In this document: positions 11,150 through 21,900 of the stretch, one piece after another
Numbering within the stretch: position 1 is the stretch's first letter
Layout of the letters: the number at the start of each line of letters is the position of its first letter
From: Clostridia bacterium
GTDB lineage: Bacteria; Bacillota; Clostridia; Christensenellales; Borkfalkiaceae
DNA length: 64,000 bases
Assembly: GCA_014804995.1 (NCBI GenBank)
Contig: JAAUYS010000080.1
Coordinates: forward strand, 20,343-84,342
Direction of reading: 5' to 3'
The notes under the pieces: generated by a model
Database searches by the model: none
What the model was told of the DNA's origin: nothing
What the model saw: only the letters and a program-made list of their open reading frames with translations
Made by a program: the position numbers and the translations under genes

Positions 11150-14100
11150 ATGCCTATAGATGTTTCAAAATTAACAGATATACTTGATAACCCAAGTTCT
11201 CAAAGTCCAGTATTAGATACTTTTTTTAAACCTGTTTCTACATATCTACAAGAAAAAGGTATTGATAATAAATTATTGAATAATTTACAAAAACATAATA
11301 ACAATTCTTTAGCTATTACAAAATATAATGTAGATAGATATATTGAATCTAGAGCTAGAAATCAATCAACAAGTGACAGAATCGGTAATGCTTTAGCTCA
11401 AACAGTAGGTGAAGTATTAGGAGGTTCTATAGAAGGTTTAGGTTCTATTATAGGATTATTACCTAAATTATTTAGTACTAATGAAGCATATACTAGAAAT
11501 CAATTAGAAAGATTAGGTAATAGTATTAATGAAGGATTTCGTGAAGCATTTCCTATTTATATGACAGAAAAAGCTCAAAGTGGAAACATGCTTGAACGTA
11601 TGCAAGGAGGTGGTTATTGGGCAACAATGACGCCTAGTGTTTTAGGTTCTGCTCTAGGAATTATGCTTCCTGCTCGTGGAGCTTCTATGTTACTAGGTAA
11701 AGCTGGTAGATTAGCAATCAATGGTCTTAGCAAATCTCAGAAAGCTGCTAAAATATTTAAGCTAGCTAATGAAATGCAAAAGGCTAAAGCTATATCTAAA
11801 TTTAATAAATTTAATGATATTTATGCGTCGGCTTTTATTAGTAGAACTCTTGATTCTTCACGTGAGGCTTATGGTGTTTATGAAGAACAAAAACAATGGT
11901 TTTACGACAACTATAATAAATTTATTAAATCAGATAAAGATGGTAATAATATTTTAAATATAGATAATAAAGAAATTAAAATAGACAATAATAATATTGA
12001 TAAGATTGCTCATGAATATGCTAGCCGAGCTGCTGAAAAAGGTTATTGGAATTCTATGAGTAATATAATTTACGATATTGTTGAATGGTCTGGTATAATG
12101 GGTGCTTCAAATACTCTTAGTAAAGTTACTAGAGATAACCTTAGAAAAGCATTAGGAAAAGGTGATAAATACGCTATTATGCGTGCTCTTCATGCAATAC
12201 CTGCGGAAGCTAAGCGTAATCTTATTGGTGACGCTGGACGCTTTGGTTATGGAGCATTAGCTGAAATGGCAGATGAAATGACTATGAGTATTGCTATGTC
12301 AGAAGGTACTCATTCTGCTAAAAAAGAATATGGCTTTCTTAGTGAACAAGAGAATTATGCAGGTTTTAGTGATAGACTTCATGAATATCTTAGAAACCCT
12401 GATATTTGGACAGAAGGTATTGGTGGTTTACTTGGTGGTGCTGGCATGCAGACTGTTATGCCTTATCTTGAACGTAAGCTAAATAAGAATCAAATTAAAA
12501 AAGAAGATGCTTACCTTAAAGCTCTTGAACATTCTGTTGATGCTATGCGTTCTGGTATGGATAATATTATAGATGCTTTAGCTAAAGGTGATTTAGTTGA
12601 AGCAAAAAATGCTGAAATGCAATCTATAATTAATCAAGTTGCTGCTAATACTCTTGACGGATCTCTTGACTTTTATATTGAGATGTTAAAGAATATGCAA
12701 GAATCTATGGATCATATTCTTGATATTAAACGTAGAAAAGAAGCTAATCAACAAATAACTGCTGAAGAACAAATGGCTTTAGATAGTGCTGGAGATCTTG
12801 TTAATAATCCTAATATATTCAAGTCTATGCTTAATAAGATTGAAACTATTAAGCCTATATTTGAAAGAAATTATGATAGCGTTCCTCAATATGTTGATAA
12901 AGACACTCAATCTATTTTATATGAAATAGCTAGACGTAAAAGTGTATATGAATCTCATAAGGCTTTAATTGAAGCAGAATTAAGTGCATTAGAACAAGAT
13001 GACATAGAAGAGTTTTATCAGATACAAGATAACATATTAGACGATTATTTAGAAAGTAAATATACTGATGAAAATGAACGTGCTAATAAGAAAGCTGAAA
13101 TAACTAGATACACTAAGAATAAAACTCAATTAGAGAATGCTAAACTTCAAATTAAATATTTAGAGAAACAACAGAATGAGTTAGACAAAAAGATTAAAGA
13201 AATAGATGATGCTTTAAATGAAGTTAAGCCGGAAGAGAAAGATACTATTGGAGAACAGCTAAAGTTAGCTAAAAATAATGCTGAACATAGAAAGAAAAGC
13301 ATCGATACACGTAAAACAGAAATAAATAAAACTATTGATAGATTAAACGAGGAAGCTAAAGATATTACTCAATTAGATGCTACAGATAAAGAAAAAGCTG
13401 AATTGTCAGAAATATTCAAACATAATAAACTTGACCCTGATAATTATAAAACTGACCTTAGATTTAGAAAGGCTCTTTTAGATAGTGAACTTGATTATCT
13501 TAATTCAGAAGATGCTTATAAGGATATTCAAAATGAACTTGAAGCCTATAGACGTACTATTGACACAGAAGTAGCAGAAGATACAAAAAAAGAACTTGAT
13601 AAATATAATACTAGTGAAGAACTTAAAAAACATCAATCTGATTTTGAATCTAGTGAAGAAGCTAAAAAGGCTTATGAAGCTAAACTTAAACTTTTAGAAA
13701 CTCAAGAAAAAGCTGAAAGTGAAAGAGAAGCTAGAGCTAAAGCTGTTCAAAAACAAGATATTGAGAATCGTACTAAAGAATATCTTGAAGCTAGAGGTTA
13801 TACTTCTGAACAATCTAAAACAGATAACAATTTAGAAATACCTAGTATAGACGACGAAGATGTTAAACTTCTTAATCAAGCATATTCTGAAATTCAAGAT
13901 AAAGATATTTCATTAAGTGCATATCTTAGAGGTAAAGCTATGGATGCTACAAATGAATCTATACGTAGTATTTATTCAAGGCTTGCCGACTATGTAGATG
14001 CTATTAATGAGTATAATGAAAATGCTTTAGATTTTAGTAGAGTTAATGATTCTATAACTATTGCCAAAAAGTTATTAACTGATTATACAGGTTTAGCTTT

Positions 14101-17100
14101 TATGACAACAGCTTATGATCTTAAGAATGGAAAAACTATTAGTTTTAATCCTAAAGATTATAGTAATATAGCTGAACAAATTAGAGCATTTCTTATATAT
14201 GCTAATGCTGTATTAGCTGATAAAGAAACTAGAACTATTCAACATAAGGATGATAATTTTGGCATTAATGATGTTGCTGCGGATACTATTAATAAATTAC
14301 GAGATAGATTTCTTAAGCAAATAGAAGATATTCAAAAGAAATATGATAAAATCTTAACACTTTTAGGTACAAAAGGTAAAACTTATATTGAAATAAATGG
14401 AACTGATTATGAAGTAGAAAAGGTTTTAGATGAGGGTATGACTGGTCCTATGATTTATGTTAAAGGTCTTAGAGCTTTTAGTGCTTTCATTACAACTCCT
14501 TATTCTGATGCTGATGCTACTACTAATTATATTCTTAAAAAGAAAGCGCAGAGTTCCGCTCCTGACCTCACCTCTTCCTCTACTGGGGGCAGCAAAGCTA
14601 CTATTAGTTCCACAAGACAACAAATAAGTAACAACGAAGTTAAGCCTAATGAAACTAAATCTACTGTTGAGACTACTATAAATACAGAAGATGATTTAGA
14701 ATCTAATGAAGCTGAAGAAGCAGATGTAGCTGATATTGAATTTGATATAGAAGATGGTAAAACTGCTATTAATTTTAAGTTGGAACATTTTAATACTTCT
14801 GATGCTACTGATTTTCTATTAACATTAATGGAAAATCCTAATTATGATAATGATACAGCTAATGCTATAATAGCTTTATGTAATATCTTAGTTAAAACTG
14901 GTTTTCATAAGAAAGATTATTATAAAAAACTAATTACAAATTATTTAAACGATAATCTTACTGAGAAACAACAAATTATAGTTAATGCTGCTAAAGCTTT
15001 AGCTAAATCATTTAATGTTGATCTTGATTCGGATATATGTTCTTTGAATCCTAAAGGTGATATTGACTATGCTGGTATTTATAATACTATAAATCAATTA
15101 CCTAAATTGTATACACAAGATCTTAAAAAGTATTCTAAATCTATTAAAGGTCTTATTGAAACATTAAAGACTTTTGAAACAAATGATAATGCTGCTAAGA
15201 TGGCTAGAGTAATTTTAGGAGACATTCTTATGAATCCTGAAGCTACTGAAACTAGACTTGATGAACTTTTATCTCAAAGTGCTACAATGCTTAAAGATAT
15301 GATGACTGATGAGTTTATTAATAATCTTAGTTTAATATTTAATCTTATTAATTTCATTAATGATCAAAGAGGATTTAAATCTACTTCTATGAATATGTAT
15401 GACTTGATTACAGGTTTACGTATGCACAGAGGTGATCATTATAGTGATATAACTGATGAAATTTTATCACTTGTTACTACAGTTAAATATATTAAAGAAC
15501 AACTTGCTTCTAGAGTTGATTTTTATAATAACAAATATAAACAAACTAAAGATAAATATTTTAAGAATGCTTATTTGACTTATAAAACATTTAATGATAT
15601 TCTTGATATTGAAGGTAATTATACAGATCTTAAAACTGAAGCAGATGTTATAAGATTTATTAATAACAATCCTATTATATCTTTTGGTAAATCACATTCT
15701 GGTCTTGATATAATATTTGATAATAATGATACACCTCATATTATATTCGATGATTTTGTCAACAGACCTTTTTTAGGTATATATGATATACTTCATCAAA
15801 TTGATGTTGGTGACGAAATTGAATTAGTTCCAACAAATAATGAAGAAAATCCTAACAAAGTTGAATACGATATTGTTTATAGAGACAAAGTTAAAAATAC
15901 TAAACATGTAATAGGTCATATGCCAGCTTTAGAAACTATAGAGAATGGTATAGCTTATGTTATTAAAGGTAGAAACAATGTAAACAATGTTCGTAAATTT
16001 AAGTTTACGCAAGATGATGCTAATATATTTGCAGAATTTCAAAATGTTCTATTTCCATTTATTTATAATTATGGTATAGCTTTTGAAGATAGAAATAATG
16101 TTTCAGAAAAAGAAAGAGAAGCTGCACTTAAAGCTGTTGAAGTATTCTCTGAACAAATTAAAAAATCTGCTTATAAAGATTTAGTTGAAGCCTTTAAAAG
16201 AGTCATTTATGGTAATCTAGAATTAGAACAAATTAATCAGATTATAGATAGTGGTCTTGATACAATACTTGTCGCAGGTAAATCTGAAAAAATAGGTGAA
16301 GTAAAATCTGAAAATCTTCCTTTATCTATAGGTCAAATGTATCAACTTTGTAAAGATATGTTTGCAGGAGTTGTTCTTACAAAAGCTATGGGTAGAGGTA
16401 ATAAAAGTGCTGAATCTATTTTACATACTTTTGAGAATTCTATTAATAGACGAGCTTCTGTATTTAAACATAATCAAGGTATTAGAGGTGATATAAAAGC
16501 TACCGGTAATCATGTTATGACTATTAGTAGTATTGGTGCAGGACAAGTTATAATTAATGAAGACTCTCGAAAAGAAGATAATGAAATTAGTGATGGTCTT
16601 CCAATTATGCACCATAGACAATCACTTGTTAAAACTTTATGTCCCGTTAATATATTTGGTAAAGATCAGTTTAAACCTACAATACTTCAAATAGATGAGA
16701 ATGGTTTTGGATTTGATCCTGAAACAGGTTTTGTTGCTCCTTTAAATAGATTTGCTACTAAGCATACTGGTGATCAATTTATTAAAGGTCGAAATAAAAT
16801 GGTTTGTGTTGTTCAACAAACTAAAAATGTATTTACAACATTTCCAGTTAAACCTAATACTATAATGGGTTCTATTACTGACGAAACTAGAGAAGCTAGA
16901 ATTCAAAAACTTCTTAAGTATAATAAATATATCTCTAATGCTATGTTTGAGATATTTGATTTATTAACTGAAGAAATTAATGTTTCAGATGGTAGAATTA
17001 ATGTAACTAATAGACTTCAAAATGTTATTATTTGTGAAGAATCTTCTTCTGTTGAAAAAAATGATATTCATTTTCAAACAAGTAATGACACTTCTGGTAA

Positions 17101-18961
17101 TAAAGTATTTATAATGTTTAAAGTCACTTATGGTACTGATAAAGAACGGTATATTAAGATGGCTTGTGAAACTACTGAATCTGGAGAACATATTGTTCGT
17201 ATTTATACTGGTAAAGATAAAGACCATGTAGCTTTATATAATGGATCTACAAGTAATCCTAGTTATACTGGTATTGTTACATATAAATTAGGTAATACTA
17301 AAGACGGCATTTATACTAAAGATGAAACTGGTAGAAAAGCTCTTACTTCTTATTTGTATCAGCAGATACCTAATTTAACTAGACAATTCGGTATGGTTAA
17401 TGGTATGGCTGTTGCTAAAGATGTACCTAATAAAGATATGGATCAAAGAAATAATGGCTATGTAGATCCTGTGACAGGTGAATCTTATAAGAACATATAT
17501 GATTACTATATGCGTACTAATGCTATATATAGTGACATAGGTGCAATTAGAGATGAACAAGGTATGAACGTAAGTAACGTAAGTGCTAGTGGTACAAATC
17601 CTGTTAAATTTTCAATAACTTCTAAAGAATTTGATGATCCTAATGCTCAATCTAATCAAACTTTTTATAGTGCTGTAGATGCTATGAAAGAAGTTCAGAA
17701 AGGTGATTATAAAGAGGATTGGGAATCTATTAATGAAGCTGAAGCTATACTTGAAGAAGAAATGGGTGTTAAACCTGTTTATATAGTTCATACTATGAAA
17801 GCTGATAGAATAACTGAAACTGGTTCTGCTCAGCCTAGAAAAGTTCAAGATGGTACAAATGGACTTCCTAGAGGATTTAATTTTAATTCTTATAGAATTG
17901 ATATATTTCATAGTCCAGTATTTGCTTCTAAAAAAGCTAATAAAAATTATTTGACTAAGACTATGTTACATGAGATGCTTCACGTATTCATGATGAAGCA
18001 TTATAATATTACTCAAAGTGAACTTAGACTTAAAGAAATTAGAGAACAAAAAGAAGCTCTTATACAATTTCATAATGAAGAAGTAACTAAGTGGATTAAT
18101 GATTTTATTGCATCTATTAAGGCAGCTAAAGAACGTATAGCTAAAGCTACTGAACCACTAAGTCATAATGATTCTATTATAAATGCTGCTTTAAATACTG
18201 GCGAAACTAGTGTCATAGACCAACTTATAACAATATTTACTAATGAAGTAAATGAAGTAAATGCGAATATTCAAGAATTACTTGAAGCTAGAGCTAAAGG
18301 TACAGATGTTATTATTAATGGTCAACAAACTTTACAAGAAGTATTTACATACGCTTTCACTGAACCTCAAGTATATCATATTCTTAATGCTCTTGAATCA
18401 GTAAGTGAAAGAGATGTTAATGCTGATAATATGCAAACTCCTACAATATGGCAGAAGTTTTTAGATGTTATTCGTAAAATATTTGCTAGAATATTTAATA
18501 TTGCTAATACAGAAGTAAATAAAGGTTCATCTTTAGAACGTTTGATGGATGTAATAAATAAAGTATTTACTAATGGACCTAGTGACATTGATATTAAAAG
18601 TTTTACTATTGGTGATTCGTTGAACTTAGCAGACCCCGGTAGGGAAGAAAATGTGGACAGGAGCGATACTAATAGTGAATCTAGTGGAGATTCTGCTGAA
18701 GAAGCTAATACTGCTGAAGAAGTCGAACCTACTTCTTCTGAAACAAATGAATCTGAAAATGAAGAAGAAACTACTAATGAAGACGATGATGATTTCGGTG
18801 ATTTATTTGTAGATACTAATCATGGTGATATTAAAGCATCTAAAGTTCTAACGAATAATGAGCAAAATAATGTCAAAGATGCCGTAAATTATTTGCATAA
18901 ACTTAATGATATGTCAAATGAAAATATTATCTTTGACGAAATGGAACAAAGAATATGTTAA
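11150..18961 (+). CDS. giant virion protein (2603 aa) with zincin-type HExxH metallopeptidase motif
   Basis: 7.8-kb uninterrupted ORF. HEMLH at 17969-17983 (aa 2274-2278, context LTKTMLHEMLHVFMMKH). Long E/K-rich coiled-coil-like stretch at about 12.9-13.9 kb. Acidic S/E/T-rich tail. Lies directly upstream of the RNAP ORF. Confidence 0.8.
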   Translation: MPIDVSKLTDILDNPSSQSPVLDTFFKPVSTYLQEKGIDNKLLNNLQKHNNNSLAITKYNVDRYIESRARNQSTSDRIGNALAQTVGEVLGGSIEGLGSIIGLLPKLFSTNEAYTRNQLERLGNSINEGFREAFPIYMTEKAQSGNMLERMQGGGYWATMTPSVLGSALGIMLPARGASMLLGKAGRLAINGLSKSQKAAKIFKLANEMQKAKAISKFNKFNDIYASAFISRTLDSSREAYGVYEEQKQWFYDNYNKFIKSDKDGNNILNIDNKEIKIDNNNIDKIAHEYASRAAEKGYWNSMSNIIYDIVEWSGIMGASNTLSKVTRDNLRKALGKGDKYAIMRALHAIPAEAKRNLIGDAGRFGYGALAEMADEMTMSIAMSEGTHSAKKEYGFLSEQENYAGFSDRLHEYLRNPDIWTEGIGGLLGGAGMQTVMPYLERKLNKNQIKKEDAYLKALEHSVDAMRSGMDNIIDALAKGDLVEAKNAEMQSIINQVAANTLDGSLDFYIEMLKNMQESMDHILDIKRRKEANQQITAEEQMALDSAGDLVNNPNIFKSMLNKIETIKPIFERNYDSVPQYVDKDTQSILYEIARRKSVYESHKALIEAELSALEQDDIEEFYQIQDNILDDYLESKYTDENERANKKAEITRYTKNKTQLENAKLQIKYLEKQQNELDKKIKEIDDALNEVKPEEKDTIGEQLKLAKNNAEHRKKSIDTRKTEINKTIDRLNEEAKDITQLDATDKEKAELSEIFKHNKLDPDNYKTDLRFRKALLDSELDYLNSEDAYKDIQNELEAYRRTIDTEVAEDTKKELDKYNTSEELKKHQSDFESSEEAKKAYEAKLKLLETQEKAESEREARAKAVQKQDIENRTKEYLEARGYTSEQSKTDNNLEIPSIDDEDVKLLNQAYSEIQDKDISLSAYLRGKAMDATNESIRSIYSRLADYVDAINEYNENALDFSRVNDSITIAKKLLTDYTGLAFMTTAYDLKNGKTISFNPKDYSNIAEQIRAFLIYANAVLADKETRTIQHKDDNFGINDVAADTINKLRDRFLKQIEDIQKKYDKILTLLGTKGKTYIEINGTDYEVEKVLDEGMTGPMIYVKGLRAFSAFITTPYSDADATTNYILKKKAQSSAPDLTSSSTGGSKATISSTRQQISNNEVKPNETKSTVETTINTEDDLESNEAEEADVADIEFDIEDGKTAINFKLEHFNTSDATDFLLTLMENPNYDNDTANAIIALCNILVKTGFHKKDYYKKLITNYLNDNLTEKQQIIVNAAKALAKSFNVDLDSDICSLNPKGDIDYAGIYNTINQLPKLYTQDLKKYSKSIKGLIETLKTFETNDNAAKMARVILGDILMNPEATETRLDELLSQSATMLKDMMTDEFINNLSLIFNLINFINDQRGFKSTSMNMYDLITGLRMHRGDHYSDITDEILSLVTTVKYIKEQLASRVDFYNNKYKQTKDKYFKNAYLTYKTFNDILDIEGNYTDLKTEADVIRFINNNPIISFGKSHSGLDIIFDNNDTPHIIFDDFVNRPFLGIYDILHQIDVGDEIELVPTNNEENPNKVEYDIVYRDKVKNTKHVIGHMPALETIENGIAYVIKGRNNVNNVRKFKFTQDDANIFAEFQNVLFPFIYNYGIAFEDRNNVSEKEREAALKAVEVFSEQIKKSAYKDLVEAFKRVIYGNLELEQINQIIDSGLDTILVAGKSEKIGEVKSENLPLSIGQMYQLCKDMFAGVVLTKAMGRGNKSAESILHTFENSINRRASVFKHNQGIRGDIKATGNHVMTISSIGAGQVIINEDSRKEDNEISDGLPIMHHRQSLVKTLCPVNIFGKDQFKPTILQIDENGFGFDPETGFVAPLNRFATKHTGDQFIKGRNKMVCVVQQTKNVFTTFPVKPNTIMGSITDETREARIQKLLKYNKYISNAMFEIFDLLTEEINVSDGRINVTNRLQNVIICEESSSVEKNDIHFQTSNDTSGNKVFIMFKVTYGTDKERYIKMACETTESGEHIVRIYTGKDKDHVALYNGSTSNPSYTGIVTYKLGNTKDGIYTKDETGRKALTSYLYQQIPNLTRQFGMVNGMAVAKDVPNKDMDQRNNGYVDPVTGESYKNIYDYYMRTNAIYSDIGAIRDEQGMNVSNVSASGTNPVKFSITSKEFDDPNAQSNQTFYSAVDAMKEVQKGDYKEDWESINEAEAILEEEMGVKPVYIVHTMKADRITETGSAQPRKVQDGTNGLPRGFNFNSYRIDIFHSPVFASKKANKNYLTKTMLHEMLHVFMMKHYNITQSELRLKEIREQKEALIQFHNEEVTKWINDFIASIKAAKERIAKATEPLSHNDSIINAALNTGETSVIDQLITIFTNEVNEVNANIQELLEARAKGTDVIINGQQTLQEVFTYAFTEPQVYHILNALESVSERDVNADNMQTPTIWQKFLDVIRKIFARIFNIANTEVNKGSSLERLMDVINKVFTNGPSDIDIKSFTIGDSLNLADPGREENVDRSDTNSESSGDSAEEANTAEEVEPTSSETNESENEEETTNEDDDDFGDLFVDTNHGDIKASKVLTNNEQNNVKDAVNYLHKLNDMSNENIIFDEMEQRIC
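14552..14598 (+). repeat. GC-rich dispersed repeat, copy a (inside 2603-aa ORF, sense; encodes SSAPDLTSSSTGGSK)
   Basis: AGTTCCGCTCCTGACCTCACCTCTTCCTCTACTGGGGGCAGCAAAGC. Confidence 0.85.
17969..17983 (+). other. HEMLH (HExxH) putative zinc-binding/catalytic motif
   Basis: cat gag atg ctt cac, in frame with ORF 11150..18961. Confidence 0.7.
18623..18670 (-). repeat. GC-rich dispersed repeat, copy b (inside 2603-aa ORF, antisense; encodes DPGREENVDRSDT)
   Basis: Reverse complement: AGTATCGCTCCTGTCCACATTTTCTTCCCTACCGGGGTCTGCTAAGTT. Confidence 0.85.
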
Positions 18962-18978
18962 ACTAATACTAAAGTAAA

Positions 18979-21900
18979 ATGGGAATAGATTGTAATGTTA
19001 TTCCACAAATTAAAGTAGGTGATTCCTTTACGGATAGCCTACTTTTTACTCAATTGTGGAATCAAGCAAAAAGTGCTTATCCTAATGACTCAGTTAAAGC
19101 ACGTGAAGTTGCTAAAAGTAATTATGCTGCTCTTAAATCTACAGAGTTTAAGTCAGCATACGGTGATTGGCAATTGTTGAGAGCTATTCAGAATAATAAC
19201 CTCACAAATGCTCAAAAAGCCATCTATCGTAGCATATATGGCAATAATTTAAATAGACTTAAAGAGAGTATCACCATTGAGTTAAACGAGCAAGGAGAGC
19301 CGTTATTTGAAGCCTTACACAAACCTGCGGATGTAAAACGGGCACAAGTTCTTATTAATAACGAATTACCTTTTATTGATGATAGTGAACAAGCATATAT
19401 TAATAGAGTTCTATCTGCTATAGCTATTAGACTAGAACCACAATTGAAAAAACTTAATAATCGTGACGCTAAAATAAATAATACTGTTAAGAATCAAATT
19501 ATTACTGCTCTTCGTCAATATGCTAATAATGATAATAAAGAATTGGGTTATGTTGGCTATGGCGTTAAAGCTAATGAACGTGCAGCACAATTAATAAAAA
19601 CTGGAGCTAAGAAAAAAGATATTCTTGAAGATAAGTTATATAAAATGTATAAATCTAGATATGATGAGATTATGCGTCTTTGTGATGATATGTCTAAAGA
19701 TGATAGTAAACATATCTGGTCTTCATTTAAGAATTTTTATCGTGCTATGTTTGGTGCTAATATCACAGAATTTGATAATGAAGATTCTATGTTATCAGGA
19801 GAACTTAATGGTGATGGAAGTGCTGTAACTAATGATGAATTTCTTATTAGTAAAAGCTGGAACAATGCTCTTCAATATAAAGTTAATAGAAAGAATACTG
19901 CTTCTATGAGACTCAAAAAAGAGCTTACTGAAATGATTTATAATAATGAAGGTAATTTCTTTATTACTCCTAAAGGTAATCAACTTACAGGTAGTGCATC
20001 TTATTATAACAAGTATGGTTTAATGATGCCTCTTGATATTAATGTTCTGTGGAATGATTTAATTAGATGTTGTAATGAATCTACAGATAAAGTCTCTCTG
20101 CTAAATAAAATTAAGATTCTATCTGAGAATGTATATAGTGGTCAGCTTCAACCTCTTATCGACAAAATGAAAGATAATGATACTGATACACTTCAAGATA
20201 GAGAACGTAAAAATAATTACTATAATATGTTTACTAAGTCTGTTGATATGGCTATGACTGATGTAACATATACAGAGCAAAGTAAATTTAATTTTGGTGA
20301 AGAAGATTTTAGTATGGCTTATGCTGTTAAGTCTGCCAATAGAACTTCTTTTGCTGTTAATAAATTTTATAATATATATCGTAATAATCTTACTAATACT
20401 TTTATGTATGCTCCTGATAAGAGTTCATTAGATTTCTACGAGGATGCTAAAATAACTAAAACTGATAATAAGATAGCTGATGCTATAAACTTATTATGTG
20501 TTAAAGCTAACTTTCTTGGTATAGATTGGTCACTGAATACTGTATTATCTTATCTATCTCAAAATAACAATATTGAACTAGATAGTATTAGTAATCTATA
20601 TGCTATGTCTAGTTTAGGTGATTATGCTGAAGATAATAGAGTATATCTTATAGAGAAAGATATAAAACACTTAGCTAGAACTCTTGATAATATATTTAAA
20701 CTTGGTAGAGGTAAAGTTACAGATAAAACTTCTACGAAAGCTAAGAATAGACAGATAGGTCAAATTCGTAATCTATTCATGATGGGCTTTAATATCAGTG
20801 ATAATAACACTGCTGTTATGAAGACTAAAGATGGTATTGAATATGAAGATGATATTGAACCTGTTGTAGATCATATGCAAGGTTATATTTCAACTATTGC
20901 TTCTGTTGGAGCTTGTGATCCTGCATTTAAAATTGATTTAAGTTATATTAATGTTGAGGGGGAACAAGAATATACTCCTGAATTTTATAATGACATTACT
21001 AGTAGACTTCAAGGTATTATAAGTCCTCAAGGTAAAGTTAATACAGAATTACTTATTGAAAGGTTTAAAGATTTTATTGAATCTTCTTCTACTGCATACA
21101 ATCCTCTTATTTGGAATCTTCATACTAAACATGGTTTTGGATTCTTTAATTGTATTATGGAGAATGGGGAACCTATTCTCGATAAAGACGATAGACGTGT
21201 ACTTGATACTAATAATCCTGTAAATATTAAAGCTGTTAAAGAATTTTCATTTGCTAGATTTAATGGTACTGTGGATAGAGACAGTGGTAAAGGAATACCT
21301 TATGTTGACATGCACGATTATGTTTGGGTAAATGATTGTATGATTCGCATGATGCAAGGTAGATTTTCTTTACCATCTGCTGATGCCTCACGTATATATG
21401 AATTTTATATTGGTAATCATCTTACAGAGACTAGAGGTTTTAACACTCAACTTTCTATGAAGATGTTTAAAGATAATGGAGATTTCGTAAGTTGGGAAGA
21501 AGCTATGGCTTTAGGTCTTGAAGATTCATATATGTACAAGTGTGCTAAAGATACACTTCTTAGTGAATTTCAAGATATGCGTAGAGCTATGGATATTCTT
21601 TTTGATTATGATCCTAACACTAAGACTCTTTCTATTAAGAAAGATTTTCTTTTTAGTAGAGAGATATTACAAGAAAGATTTGATGCTTTATCAAGTGAAG
21701 ACAGAAGAATTTATGGTAATACTTATGAAGAAGGTCTTGAAGCATATATAAAGAAACATGAGTTTGATCCTGATACTGCTTATGGACTTAGAAGTCCTAT
21801 GTTTTGGAATGGTAGTGAACTTATAAAAGATGGAAAACCTACAGGTAATATATTTAAACTTCATAATCTAAATTTTAGATATACTAATGAAGATGGTTCT

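Noticed and set aside
14552-18670. A diversity-generating retroelement (TR/VR pair), or a tail-fibre-type shufflon, between repeats a and b.
   Set aside because: There is no reverse transcriptase or recombinase gene in the window. The differences between copies are not restricted to adenine positions. The antisense strand of the bracketed segment has no long ORF that an inversion could bring into frame.
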